NCBI RefSeq assembly: GCF_001194135.2
Contig: NC_068985.1
Location: 108,207,457-108,271,456, forward strand
Direction of reading: 5' to 3'
Origin: Octopus bimaculoides
Taxonomy: Eukaryota
Length of the DNA stretch: 64,000 nt
In this document: in pieces, positions 26,906 to 40,157 of the stretch
How positions within the stretch are numbered: position 1 is the first letter of the stretch
How the letters are laid out: every line of letters begins with the position of its first letter
Position numbers and translations under genes: made by a program
Notes under the pieces: model-generated
Told to the model about the DNA's origin: nothing
Database searches by the model: none
What the model saw: the letters and a program-made list of their open reading frames with translations, nothing else

Positions 26906-28768
26906 AATAATAGGGAGATGTAGAGAAAGTTAACATAAGATGTGCTGCATGAATGCACATACTAGATTAGTGACAGGCAATGAGTAAGAGAACATACAAT
27001 GAAAGAAAAATGATTCAAAGACAAAGGTGGTGCTGAGAAAGTATATGTATGTATGCATGTATGTATGTATTATGTATGTATGTATGCGTGTATGTATGGA
27101 TGGTTTTATGTATGAATAGATGGATAGATGGATGGAAGGATGCATGCATTTGTGTATGTTAATATTGTTATATCTAATTTTATTCCAATATATTAACTTT
27201 TTTTTATTTTGAAAAGGAGCATTCTTTTCATTATTTTGTATAAACACACAATAATTTGATGGAAGTTAGATTATAATTAAGTAATATTCGTAGCCACTTT
27301 AACATGATTGCCCGTTCGAGCGGGCTCTACTGCGACTTTTTAACCCCAAGAGGACATCTCCTCTAGCTGGTTAACGATGCACAGCTGCATCCGATAAAAT
27401 TGTGAGCAGGGGTGCGAACCCCTACCATCTCCTAGCAACGGGACAAGTAGACCAGTCCTGGTTTCGAGCTATTTCTGCCACTCCTCAATACTGGACACTT
27501 TGTCTGCCAAAGATGATGGCAGCACTCTACTCTACGCAATATGTATATATTTCAAGCGAACACACAGCCGCTGATTTTGCAACAATTTTACTTGTTCGGC
27601 AAAATGAGTCCGATACAACAGATACCAGATTTGAAAAATAAGTACTCTTGTCGAGCAGACTTAATTAAACTTTCATGAGGTGCCCCAGCATGAACGCAGG
27701 CAAATAAGTGAAATTAGTAAAAGAATAAAAGTGCATTTATCAGACATTGACTGACATCGATAACTAATAACAAATAAATTATATTATTTTTAAAAATATT
27801 ATTAAAATAAAGATGTAATTGATAATGATATCCTTTTTACTCACCTTTAGAGCTAAATTAAGAATATCATGACGCACTTCATTTGTTTCGTCTTCCATGA
27901 GAAGTTGTCTCAAAGTGAGATAAGCATAAGTCTTTTCAGTAATTTCAGAAAATGACTGAATACTAGTCAAACTGGAATTTTGCGAAAAACCATCATCTGA
28001 GGTAAAGTCATCTCCATATAATTCTAGCTCCAAATTTTCCTTATTTGGCCCCAAGTGGTTTGTCATTGTTAAACTCACATTTATAGTTGGTCGGTATTCT
28101 TGCGGCAAAACACCGGAAACAACTAATTCTGATCCTTTGAAGTAGTTGCTAAATGATGTAGAACTAGTATTAACAGCATCATCTAAGTAAACAAATGTAA
28201 TATCCTTTAATAAAATGTTAGATATTTCTTTAAAAAGATTTTCAATTTGAAGTTTACTGTCAGAGTCTATGTAGATCCTCCTATTAAATCCTCCGTTTTC
28301 TGTGGCAAGCTTACGAAAAAAATTATTGATAGATTTTTCTCCGAAACAAAGGGTGAATAATGAAATCTCTTCGTTGGCTTCTCTGAAATTTTTCTTGATT
28401 TCTTCGAGGTTAGTGACTCCTTCTGTTGGATATCCGTTAGTAAGAAATACGATAATACTTTTCTTCGTAGAGGTTGAAGTTGATTTGTGTTTCTCTACAC
28501 TTTGAAGGAGAGCAGCGTTAATGTTTGTACCTGAGAAAAAAGTAAAATTACATATTCAGAAAAAAATAACAGAATGTTTGTACTAATAAGGAATTAGGAT
28601 CATCAATACAAACTTTATAAGAAAGCATCCCAGACGTATAATTCAAAATTAACCGTAACCAAATCGTTTGGCATGAAAAGATGAATTTAATCATTAGATG
28701 TTAAAATGTGAAACTATTTTAAAATGTTTAAGCAACATGCGAGTTCAAGATAAAAGTTCCATAACAGC

Positions 28769-28813
<45 letters not shown>

Positions 28814-28814
28814 A

Positions 28815-28879
<65 letters not shown>

Positions 28880-29511
28880 TTCTTTTATTGGCCATAGGAG
28901 CCCAAAACATAGGGGACAATATCGAAGACGAGTTGCAACGCAAAACAATTTACGACAACGTGGGGTTAATAATAATAATAATAATAACAACGACGACGAC
29001 AACGATGAAGATAATGATGATAATGAGGATGATGCGGATGAGGATGAGGATGATGACAACGACGCTGAGCTATTATGCAATTACAGATATAATTCATTAT
29101 TACCGTATAAGGTAGTGTGAAATTTTCAGCGCAAAAACCAACGAACGTTGTGTATTTTTGTGTAGTTTTGTTCATGTCTCGCTTCCCTTTTCTCTGTGTG
29201 TTTCTATGCATTACCACCGTATTACTTGTATGTAAGGTTTCATTCCTTTGAAGTCACTGTCTTTTAATGTGTTGCTGTAGTAATGAGCAACTCGGTTTGA
29301 AGAATCAAGGGAAATCTGTTTATAAGAAAAGACATTTTTCCAATATTATATTTTTTTTCTAATATCTTTAAATATATACTTCCCATCGTGTATTAATTCC
29401 GTTTTAACTTACTCCATTTTATTCTTTCATATTTACTTACATACATACGTACGTATGTATGTATGTATGTATGTATGTATGTATGTANNNNNNNNNNAAA
29501 ACTACTGAACC

Positions 29512-29547
<36 letters not shown>

Positions 29548-32024
29548 GGACTGTAATACTTAGTAATAAGAGCTTTAAAATAGGGACATGAAGGACCATT
29601 ATCAAATAGTGGACTTACATTTTAACATTCTGAATAAAAGTAAATTCAATAGTTGGAAAGTAAAAGGTGGCGAGCTGGCAGAGTTGTTAGCACGCTGGAC
29701 GGAATATCTTAGCGGCATTTCGCCCGTTGCTACATTCTGAGTTCAAATTCCGTCGATGTCGATTTTGCCTTTTTGCCTTTTATCCTTTCGGAGTCGATAA
29801 ATTAAGTACTAGTTGCATACTAGAGTAGAAAAGAATATTTAGAGTGTAAGACAAAGGATGCCATACTGAAGAGGAAAACTAATAGGTTGGGAATATAAGT
29901 TAATGACGGCTACTGCAAAGCTGGTTAGCGGCTAAATACAACGAAACTTCATCACAACTTCTAAAGGAAGTGTTGGCACTGCAACGTCTGCCAGCAATCA
30001 CACTAACATATTATAACATGACATATATGAGAGTAAAAAGAAGTAAGCTAGCAAAACAGCTTCGTCCTTATCTTCTGGATACGGAATGTAAAATGATAAT
30101 TTAAGAACTAAATAAAGTATGTAGCAAAAAGGAACTTTGCCGATAATTTGAAGAACTATATATATCCATGAACTCACGATAATAGAATTAAAGTTAACCC
30201 TGAGTCTTCTTCCTTAATATGATCTAGTAAAATTTAACGATATTGATAGATTGTAATGCAATGATAAACAAAATTCGATATAAATATAATAATTTTTTTT
30301 TAACTTACTTCCATTGGTTTGAAGTTCCTTAATGTAATTTTTGCCTAATTTTTTGTTAAGATTGTTTGATATTAAAAATTCGTCCTTCATCCACGAAACG
30401 CCACTACTGAATGTTCCGATGAGAAATTTATCAAGTTCTGAATCGAGTTGATCAAGGATATTTTCCATAGCTTCGCTCATTTGTTCAATTTTACGACCAG
30501 ACATTGATGCACTGATATCAAGCATAAATACAATGTGCTTTGGAAGACTTGGTAAGGAATCAGGAGTGAAGAAGTGCACAAAGTAGCCATCAACTGCCTG
30601 CGAATTTTGAAGAGAAAATAGAACATGATGGTTTATTTTAATAACATTTTACGGGAAATTATTCCAACTATTTAGTATGAGATATTGCTAGCAGATATGA
30701 TAATATTTAGTCACAATATACAGCATATCAAATATATAGTAATTGTAGTCCTGTTATCAGAAGAGAAATAGATTTATTTATGTTAACAACAAAATAAAAG
30801 ATAACCCACTGTGCAGTTTGGAATACCAGTATGAACCTTCGATTAATTCTTTTATCTAATCCAGAAGACACATACTTATAGATGTGTTCAACAACGTCCA
30901 CTACATTCTCAGATCAAAGATAATTTACCGTACATATCATTTTACTAGGTCTTTGGATTTTGTTATATAAATCTGTATATAGTCGGCTCTTTGCTTAATT
31001 TTCAAGATTTTATTTATCTAATGAAAATGGTTAATTGTTAAACACTCAGCCGCTGCCACGTTTCTACCATCGTCATTTTAGAAGTTGTCGCTATTCTCCA
31101 TGACTGTCTCTTGATGTTTAAACCACCAAACAAACATAACAAGAAATCGATACCACAGTTTTAACCTAGTATTTCAATTCTCATTTCGTTTTCCTAATAT
31201 GCACGCATTAAAAAATATTAAAAAAAACACTTACATCAACGCAGAAGTTAATAGCTTAGCTGAGTAATGTTTTTAACAAGTAAAATGTTGCCTCAATTGA
31301 TCATCGCAAATTTGCCTTCATATGTGAATATTTATCCTTCACCCCACAGTAAAATTTGACACCCCAATATCCAGTTGAAGTAGTCTATAGGGTGACACTT
31401 CAAGTACTAGACAAATCTTATAACAAGTTAGCAATAGTTGCTTGCTTTTTTGATGAATAATCGCTTAATGTCAAGGATGCTCTTCTGGGTGCAATTGTAG
31501 TAGAAAATGGTTCGTCTCAGGGTTTGTACACTGCTGTCAAGTCTACGCTTACAAAAGATGTATCTATGAACAACAAACTTGGATTTGCCAGCGATCTTCC
31601 AAGATACTTAACATCTAGCTACCAAGGCTATTAATTTGTGAAAAATGCCCCTTAGAGACCCTGAGAGATCCTGTGAGAAATTTGAAAACCGGTTGCCGTC
31701 CGCTCTCACAAAATTAACCGGAGCAAGTAAGATCGAGGAACCAAATCAATATAACATATGCGTTCAGTGGTGGGGGTTTTGCATTTCGAATGCACTCTGG
31801 AGCCTGAATGGTAAGCATCTCATCGACTCAGAAAGGACGAAAGGCAGAATCAGTCTCAGCGATATAGCTATGCATATATACAATCATGTATGGATATAGG
31901 TATATAAGACGAAAATACATAAAGTATATTCCAATACACATACATAGACATATGGAAGCACGGGCACATTTAAAAATGACGAAGAAAGTGAATGGGAGAG
32001 ATAATGAGATAAAGAGAGTAAGGG

Positions 32025-32120
<96 letters not shown>

Positions 32121-35100
32121 AGAGAAAGAATAAAAATAAAGTTTCTTGTATATGAAGATGAAATATGTTGTTATGAAGAAATTGTGATTTCTTCATAACA
32201 CATACGTACACATTTATATCAGATAAGATTATAGTATAATATTCCCTTTTAAATGACAAGATGAGAATTTGATTTGAAACAATAACTTACATATATTAAA
32301 TTTGAATTATTTTGACGATCCACATCATACTGTATTTTGAGTGAGCCTGCAACAACACCATCTATTCCTGAAGTTTCTTCTTGTTGTTTACGACTTGGGT
32401 TGTATTTGATGTAAACCTCTCTACTGCTGATGTACTCAATTAAAGCAGAATCCAGCTCTGTTTTAAAAACAAGCAATATCTTAATTTGAATATTGATAAC
32501 AAAGTTGAATAAATACCTCTTATTTCAATATCACTTAACCTGATGAGATATAATTTAAACGACTTGATGGACTATCTAATGTTGACTGCGAATCAGTGTC
32601 ATATTTACTGTATGATAATGTAAAGTGAACAGCGGCAGAATTAAATAATGTTTACTGCGGGTGGGTAAGTTTAGTTTGTCTGCAATAATGGACTGCGTAA
32701 CATTTGATGATGAGATGGTACAAAATGTTCACAGCACAATATCTATTTTATGACAGTGTAGTAAGAAACTCTAGGTGAAGAGCTGAATGGCTGAAGGTCT
32801 TCAGAGAACAAGTACCTTCTCATTTGTAAGTATTTCATCTCTCAATCCCTTAAAGTCTAAGAAACCGGCCACACCCAGGATACCCCTCTTATACTCCACT
32901 TTGTACTACTGTTTACATTGTAACTAGTACCTGCTAGGTCTTTAAGACCACCCAGAGCCTAGAATTCCTTGGCTGTCGTAACCACTTCCGTTTGAGACAC
33001 CAGTTAAACGTAGGGTATTATTGTACCTTCCGAAATTTTCTTTTATTCTTCCTTCACTACTAATGTATATAGTGAGGAATCATTACGCATACTATCGGAA
33101 TGGTAACAATTAAGTTTGGAATTTACTGTAACGCACTGTATTCTGTGTCAAGGGCAATCTTAATAAGTGATCGCCTGTGTAGTTATGCAATGAGAGTTGT
33201 TAGCAAGAGTATATTTAACAAGAGTGTGCCGTAACAAGAGGTAGTATAACATTTAATTTGATATTTGTATAGTAACCGACTGTTAACTGGAGGATAGATA
33301 ACACTTGATATATGGGAAAATATAATGCTTGCTCCAGAACAATGAAATGTTTACCGCAGCGCAGTGTAATTCTACTTGGAGAAGGAGACACTACTACAAG
33401 AGTGGGCACTTGGACATTATATTGTTGACTCTAGAATGATATAATCGTTAGGAAGAGACAATTTTATCCCAGAGACATTATAATATTAGTAAATTGTAAA
33501 CAAAATGACGTACGATTCCGATGTGTATCATTATTCTAAGTGAATTGTATTTTCTTTATACAAGAATAAAAAGCAATTTTTAGACTATTTATTGATAATT
33601 GCATCTCTATAGTACTACCTACGAGTAATAGTCAGAAAAAGTTGCCTCATGTTTCATATAGCCTGTCATCGGTATGTCATACTTATCTGTTACCCTTCGC
33701 AATGTAGTTGAATGATTATCAATGCTAATCCGTCGGCAGTATGCCTTATATCTTTGCTGTTAATTCCCCACCTTCTATTTCTATATATGGTTCTTTGTAG
33801 TATTTTGTACAAGTATAGAACTTGATATAAGACTAGCGACTGTTGAACGTTTACTTCTGTTGACGTTTATATCAGCTTTATTTACTGCCTAAAGAAATGT
33901 TTAGATTTAACCCAGTATAAAGAAAAATTTTCGCTACAGAAACCTTTCTATTATCAGGAATGTGATTTTCTTTAATTTTGTAGTGCGCCCACACTGTGGA
34001 ACATATAAAAAAACAGTGATTAAATAAGATTGATGAAGATAATGACAAATGAAGGTACAGAAAGAACCACACAAAAATGATTTGCCAACCTTTGTCAACG
34101 GTAATATCCGTTAATTTATTATTTGTAATTTTTGGTACAGACACGTGAATAATATCTTGCGGTTCAGTAATGAAAACTTCAACTAAAAAGTCATCAATAA
34201 TTTCACCAGTGGTCACATGAATGTCGTGCCTGTATTTATTGTTCTGTCGTGTCAGAAGTTCTTGGTAAGTCAAGTTGTAAACTATATACTTCTGTGGTTC
34301 AACATTAACAGATATATCAAAGGCTCTTGTAAAGCGGTGTCTGGAAAATGATAAAAAAGAATAATTGAAATATTTTGGAGATATTCCAAAACTTCAAGAA
34401 ATATCAAATAGTTGGGAAAATATAAAATTACTCGACTTCAACAGTGCCAGAACTTTGTCCTGTTTCGCTGGTATATTTGTAAATATCTTTAGCAACTGAT
34501 TTTTCCTTTACTTCTCCTACAGTCACATGTCCATCAATTTCCCTGCAATCGAAAATAAAATTAAATAAAAATAATTAACATTGAAAAATCTCAAAAATTA
34601 CAGCGGTTAAATTTGACAGTTTGTACCAAAGGAAAGGAAAACACTCCATCCCGAAATAAAAGTATTTTGAAAAATGAAAATATATCAACTAGATTATGGC
34701 TGTCAGATCACAGTTTACTGAAAATAGCCACCCTCGGTTTCCAGCACGGCCTCCAGGCGCATGCATTTCTCATAGTGTCGTTGGGTGGACCTACGAACGC
34801 TTCCTTGATCTTGGCCACCAGCTCATTCTTAATGTTGCTGGCAGAGTATTTGACACATATTATAATCCATGATATTGCGATTGGAGGAATGAAGATACCA
34901 GAAATTAGAGCTGTTGATGTCGTAGAGATTCTTCGACAACCACGTCTGACTCATTCTGGAAGTATGGCAAGGGGCCGAATCCTGCTGTTACACATATGAC
35001 CTTTCAGTAGCAATCCTATACAGCTAGGTATTAGCCACAGTTTCACATAGACGTTACCAGTTTCACATAGACGTTACCAGCTTCACATAGACGTTACCAG

Positions 35101-37986
35101 CTTCACATAGACGTCTAAATTGAGTCTAAGGCTCTATTCAGAAATACAGGTTTGCATGATGTCACCCTCACTGAAGACACATCAAAAGACCATCACGATT
35201 TGGGGGATCTTGGTTTTCATGATTTCCATGTCATATCATACAACTTTTACAGTGTTCATAGAGCATTGGGCAGCAGTCATGATTTCGACATTTTGATAAC
35301 TAGTGTGAATCATTAGAATACAAGTAACAATTTTCCAGTTACTTGTATTCCAGTTACTTTTCCAGATGCCATCCTGTCCTCGTATCAACTAACTTTTTCC
35401 CAGCTACAACTTTAATCTCCTGACGAAAGTAAACATAAGTCATCAAAGTTTGCCCGAACATCCAGTATTTTAGAAGTTTAAAAATTTGAAAATTTTCCAT
35501 TGTGTTCCAAATGTTTGTATGTAACAATCAAATAAACTCACATGGCGCCCACAATTGTATTAAGACTTGATTTGGAAAATAATTAACAAAATGAATCGTA
35601 ATTATTTTGATAAAGTATTTCAACAGAATGTTTCATTTTCACTGTTATGCACTTAATCAAATTTTCTTGAGGCCGTTTCCTGAGATATGAGAGCTTTCTA
35701 AATCATGGTGCGCTTGATGTGTCTGAAAGTCAATTTGAATACTTGTGTGTCGTCATAAATAGCAAAAAAAAACTGTAACAACATTTGTATAGAAATGTGG
35801 TTTTCTTACCGACGGGATGGTATTATTTCTTTACTACCCACAAGGGGCTACACACAGAGGGGACAAACAAGGACAGACAAACGGATTAAGTCGATTATAT
35901 CGACTCCAGTGCGTAACTGGTACTTATTTAATCGACCCCGAAAGGATGAAAGGCAAAGTCGACCTCGGCGGAATTTGAACTCAGAACGTAGCGGCAGACG
36001 AAATACCGCTAAGCATTTCGCTCGGCGTGCTAACGTTTCTGCCAGCTCGTCGCCTTTCGACGGGATGGTATGTGTAAGTAGGGAAACGTAAGATGGGAAA
36101 AGTAAGTAGCTCGTTAAAGTACAAAATCAACGGTATGAGATTGATATTAAAATTTATAGTTAGAAAGTAGATCTTCAAATGATCTTCATAACCAAGATGT
36201 TAGAGAAGGATGGACATTAAGCACAAGTAGCTTAGTCAAGAGACTTTAATGGCATTCACAATGAGAAGCTTCGCTGAAGGCAAGTGCAATAATCATGCTT
36301 TCAACGGGATTCTCGAACGTGATAGACCAGAAGCTGGAGAGCAAACATCTGATAGATCTTTTGCTCCTAATGGTGTGATTGCTTATCTGGTCTTCTTTCA
36401 GTTCTGAGATACTTGTAGGTAAATTATCGGCAAGTTGAGTGGGTATACTCTGCTTGTGGCTTATTCTACAACAATGATATAACTGATGTGGGGCATTAAA
36501 AATACCAAGGCTTTTTAAATACCTTAAATACTTACGATTTCCCTAAAAATGTCGCAATACATCTGTGGGCCATGCGCAGGGATTTCTGTATGTGATGCAA
36601 AGGCTGGTATCACATACAGAAATTGGAACGTTTAGATAAAGGTATATTTTTATCGAGAGACAGAAAGAGAGAAGAAAGAGAGAAGCTGAAGATTTAAAGG
36701 TAAATGAACGGACATCCTTTTCACCAGTGGGGTTGCGTTTATAAAATTTTAAGGATCGGTAATCTAAGTTAAAAACATGATTTGAATAAGATTAATTATG
36801 CGCGTGTGTGTGTGTGTGTGTGTTTGTGTGGTGTGTGTGTGTTTGTGTGGTGTGTGTGTGTGTGTGAGCAGTATTGAGCTAGAAATAGAACCGGCAGACA
36901 ATATAATGTTTTGTTTTAAAGGTACTTTTACAGGCTGGGAGGAGTGGAAATTTGCAATCTGCACAGTGTGTCCCCTTCAAATCTTTATTGTTTTGCAGGC
37001 ATTGAAATGTTGAACAGACACTTCTAAATGAACGCTTGTTTTTAGATATTGTAGGCTGTGCTTCCACGACTATGCACCAGCTACTGGGATGGTTTGTATT
37101 TATGGGTTTAGTTGTACGTGGGAATATGAACGGAAATGAAGAGAAAAATGCTTTAATCAATCGCTTAACAGTTTCAGACAGATCGGATTTTCAATCAAAA
37201 ATAATCTTCATAAAACTGTCTGCCCTGATCAGTTAACGACTGTATTTTATCTAAGCTCACGGAAAGCGTATACCGCACTCTGTGATGTCATTCTTCTAAT
37301 TTTCCACACGCAGCTGTGATTTATTCTTAATTTCTAGCGGGTACTAATAGCTAAATAATAAAAAAAAAAAACTTAAGATTCGCTCTGACGTATGATACTT
37401 TGATTACATTTTCATTTGCAGAACAGTTTCCCTCTTTACTCTTTTTACTCTTTTACTTGTTTCAGTCATTTGACTGCGGCCATGCTGGAGCACCGCCTTT
37501 GGTCGAATCAAATCGACCCCAGGACTTATTCTTTGTAAGTCTCGTACTTATTCTATCGGTCACTTTTGCCGAACCACTAAGTTACGGGGACCTAAACANN
37601 NNNNNNNNTTATTCTTTGTAAGCCTAGTACTTATTCTATCGGTCTCTTTTGCCGAACCGCTAAGTTACGGGGATATAAACACACCAGCATCGGTTGTCAA
37701 GCGATGTTGGGGGGACAAACACAGACACACAAACACACACACACATATTTTATTTTATTTTTTAATTTTTTTTTTACTTGTTTCAGTCATTTGACTGCGG
37801 CCATGCTGGAGCACCGCCTTTGGTCGAATCAAATCGACCCCAGGACTTATTCTTTGTAAGTCTCGTACTTATTCTATCGGTCACTTTTGCCGAACCACTA
37901 AGTTACGGGGACCTAAACACACCAGCATCGGTTGTCAAGCGATGTTGGGATGACAAACACAGATACACAACATATACACAACATAT

Positions 37987-38019
<33 letters not shown>

Positions 38020-39741
38020 CACATATATACGACGGGCTTCTTTCAGCTTCCGTTTACCAAATCCACTCACAAGGCGTTGGTCGGCCCGAGGCTATAGTAG
38101 AAGAAACTTGCCCCAAGATGTTACGCAGCGAGTTTGAACCCGGAACCGGTTGGAAAGCAAGCTTCTTACCTCACAGTCACGCCTACGCTGATGTATGCTT
38201 TTTCAAATCGTTGGGTCATTAACCGAACGTCTAAATATAATTAATGACTTCTAAAAATTAATACATCAAATGGTCCGCTGTATTCGATAACTTATACCAA
38301 GAGAACTTCGTTTTCTTTGGCTAAAAAAGAAACAGCAGTAGGATAGACTAGAAATATATGTTGCGGAAAATGAATTATACTTACATAGAAAAATCCGATA
38401 TAAATGAATTAAGGGGCACCATTACGTGTAAGTCTGCGCTGACTGAAAAATTGTGCGGGTTATAATATTTCATGGAAACTAAAGTGGTAGCAAATCGATA
38501 TTTAATATCACTGATTACATGAAGTGATTTCAGGTTTACGTTCTGAAAAAAATCCAAGAAATATCGTAAATCACTTAAATAGAGCTTTATTTACTTTTAA
38601 CCTTTATGTGGCAATCAAAAAATCCATAAAATCAATTTTGTTTAGGGGATAAGTAATAAACCTCTAAGATTATCATATTTAATCCTATTTGAAAAACAAA
38701 GACGAGCATTATGGCATAGATATTTCAAAAGTTAGCCACCCACAGGAAATGCAAATATTTATTGCGCTTCTTACACGTTTTATATTTTGATGAGTATAAA
38801 ACCAATCGCAATTACATTATCTTTCAATGAGAGGTCATGGTGACCACAAAGAACCCGAGACTTTTAATATTCATACATATGGACTTGTTAATGCTTGGCC
38901 CTACATGATCTCTGGCACGAGCTGACCAATGTTTAGAGACGTTCCAGCCAGGACAGTTCAGTCTTGTTAAGTGTATCTAGGAATGCATGATTGAATGTGT
39001 TCCTTTTCTTCAAACCCCCAGAGTGTGATTTAAAGAAAATTTAGCTATTATCCAAAGCAGATCAAGGAGATATGACGAAAAAGGCTTCCTTTGTTAAACC
39101 ATGTTTAGAGAATAAGGGGAGAATGCTAAATGCATATTTTAAACAATATACTAATTGTAAAATACTATACAAAATTAATAATCTCAGTTATTAATAAGAG
39201 ATGAGATTGGGTTTGAAAACTTAATGTCTGGATATAAATAATCTTTTAAACAAGCAAGTTGCAATACGCAGATAAAAATCTAACAATACTTCCTATTCCA
39301 CTAAGAGTGTTAATCTTAAAAAGACCCTGAGAGACCCTTTGAGACACTTAACAAAAGGTTGCAACCTGCTCTCACAGAATTAACCGGAACAAGTAATGTC
39401 GAGAGATCTGAGAAGTAAAATACATAACAACAGTCCAAAATAACATATGCGTGAGAACAAAAGTTTAGTGGGTGAGGGTTTTGCCTTTTGAATTAACTCT
39501 GGTACCTGACTGGTGCCCATCTCATATCGATCCAGCCTGTGCAAAAGGCAGAGTCGGTCTCACCAATATAGTTATGCATAAATATACGCGTGTATGTATA
39601 TAAGGATATATAACAAAAGCACACAAAATACATGCCAGCATACATAGAAATATGGAATCGCGCACATACTCAAAAGTGTAGATGAAAGTGAACGAGAGAG
39701 ATAATGAGATAGTGAGATAGTGAGATAGAGGGAGACGGGCT

Positions 39742-39840
<99 letters not shown>

Positions 39841-40110
39841 AGCAAATAGAAAGTGAAAGAATAAGAATAAACAATTTATGAAGAATAAATAATTTTTAAA
39901 CAATATATGAAGAAAAAAAAAATAATGTAATGAAGAAATGAATGTGATACACGTTCACACATAAACACAGATACACGCAAGCACACACACATACATACAC
40001 ACACACACACACATNNNNNNNNNNNNNNNNNNNNNNNNNNNNNNNNNNNNNNNNNNNNNNNNNNNNNNNNNNNNNNNNNNNNNNNNNNNNNNNNNNNNNN
40101 NNNNNNNNNN

Positions 40111-40157
<47 letters not shown>

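Larger units (their letters stand above)
31650..38590. repeat. intragenic segmental duplication, unit B (exons 2-5 plus introns)
   Basis: Colinear similarity to 39320-44490 in exons and introns; boundaries approximate. Confidence 0.9.

Noticed and set aside
28698-29217. Acidic / poly-T / poly-I proteins (also 59923-60307, 16456-16969)
   Set aside because: These are translations of trinucleotide microsatellites, with no splice or domain support.
35041-35114. CRISPR-like array
   Set aside because: The repeats are contiguous with no spacers, and the context is eukaryotic.
37430-37930. SINE dimer
   Set aside because: The near-identical repeats surround a 10-N gap, so much of this is probably artefact.
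38600-39320. Second exon 1 making block B a separate gene
   Set aside because: No ATG-signal peptide-donor arrangement found, and block A has no vWA exon downstream of it.
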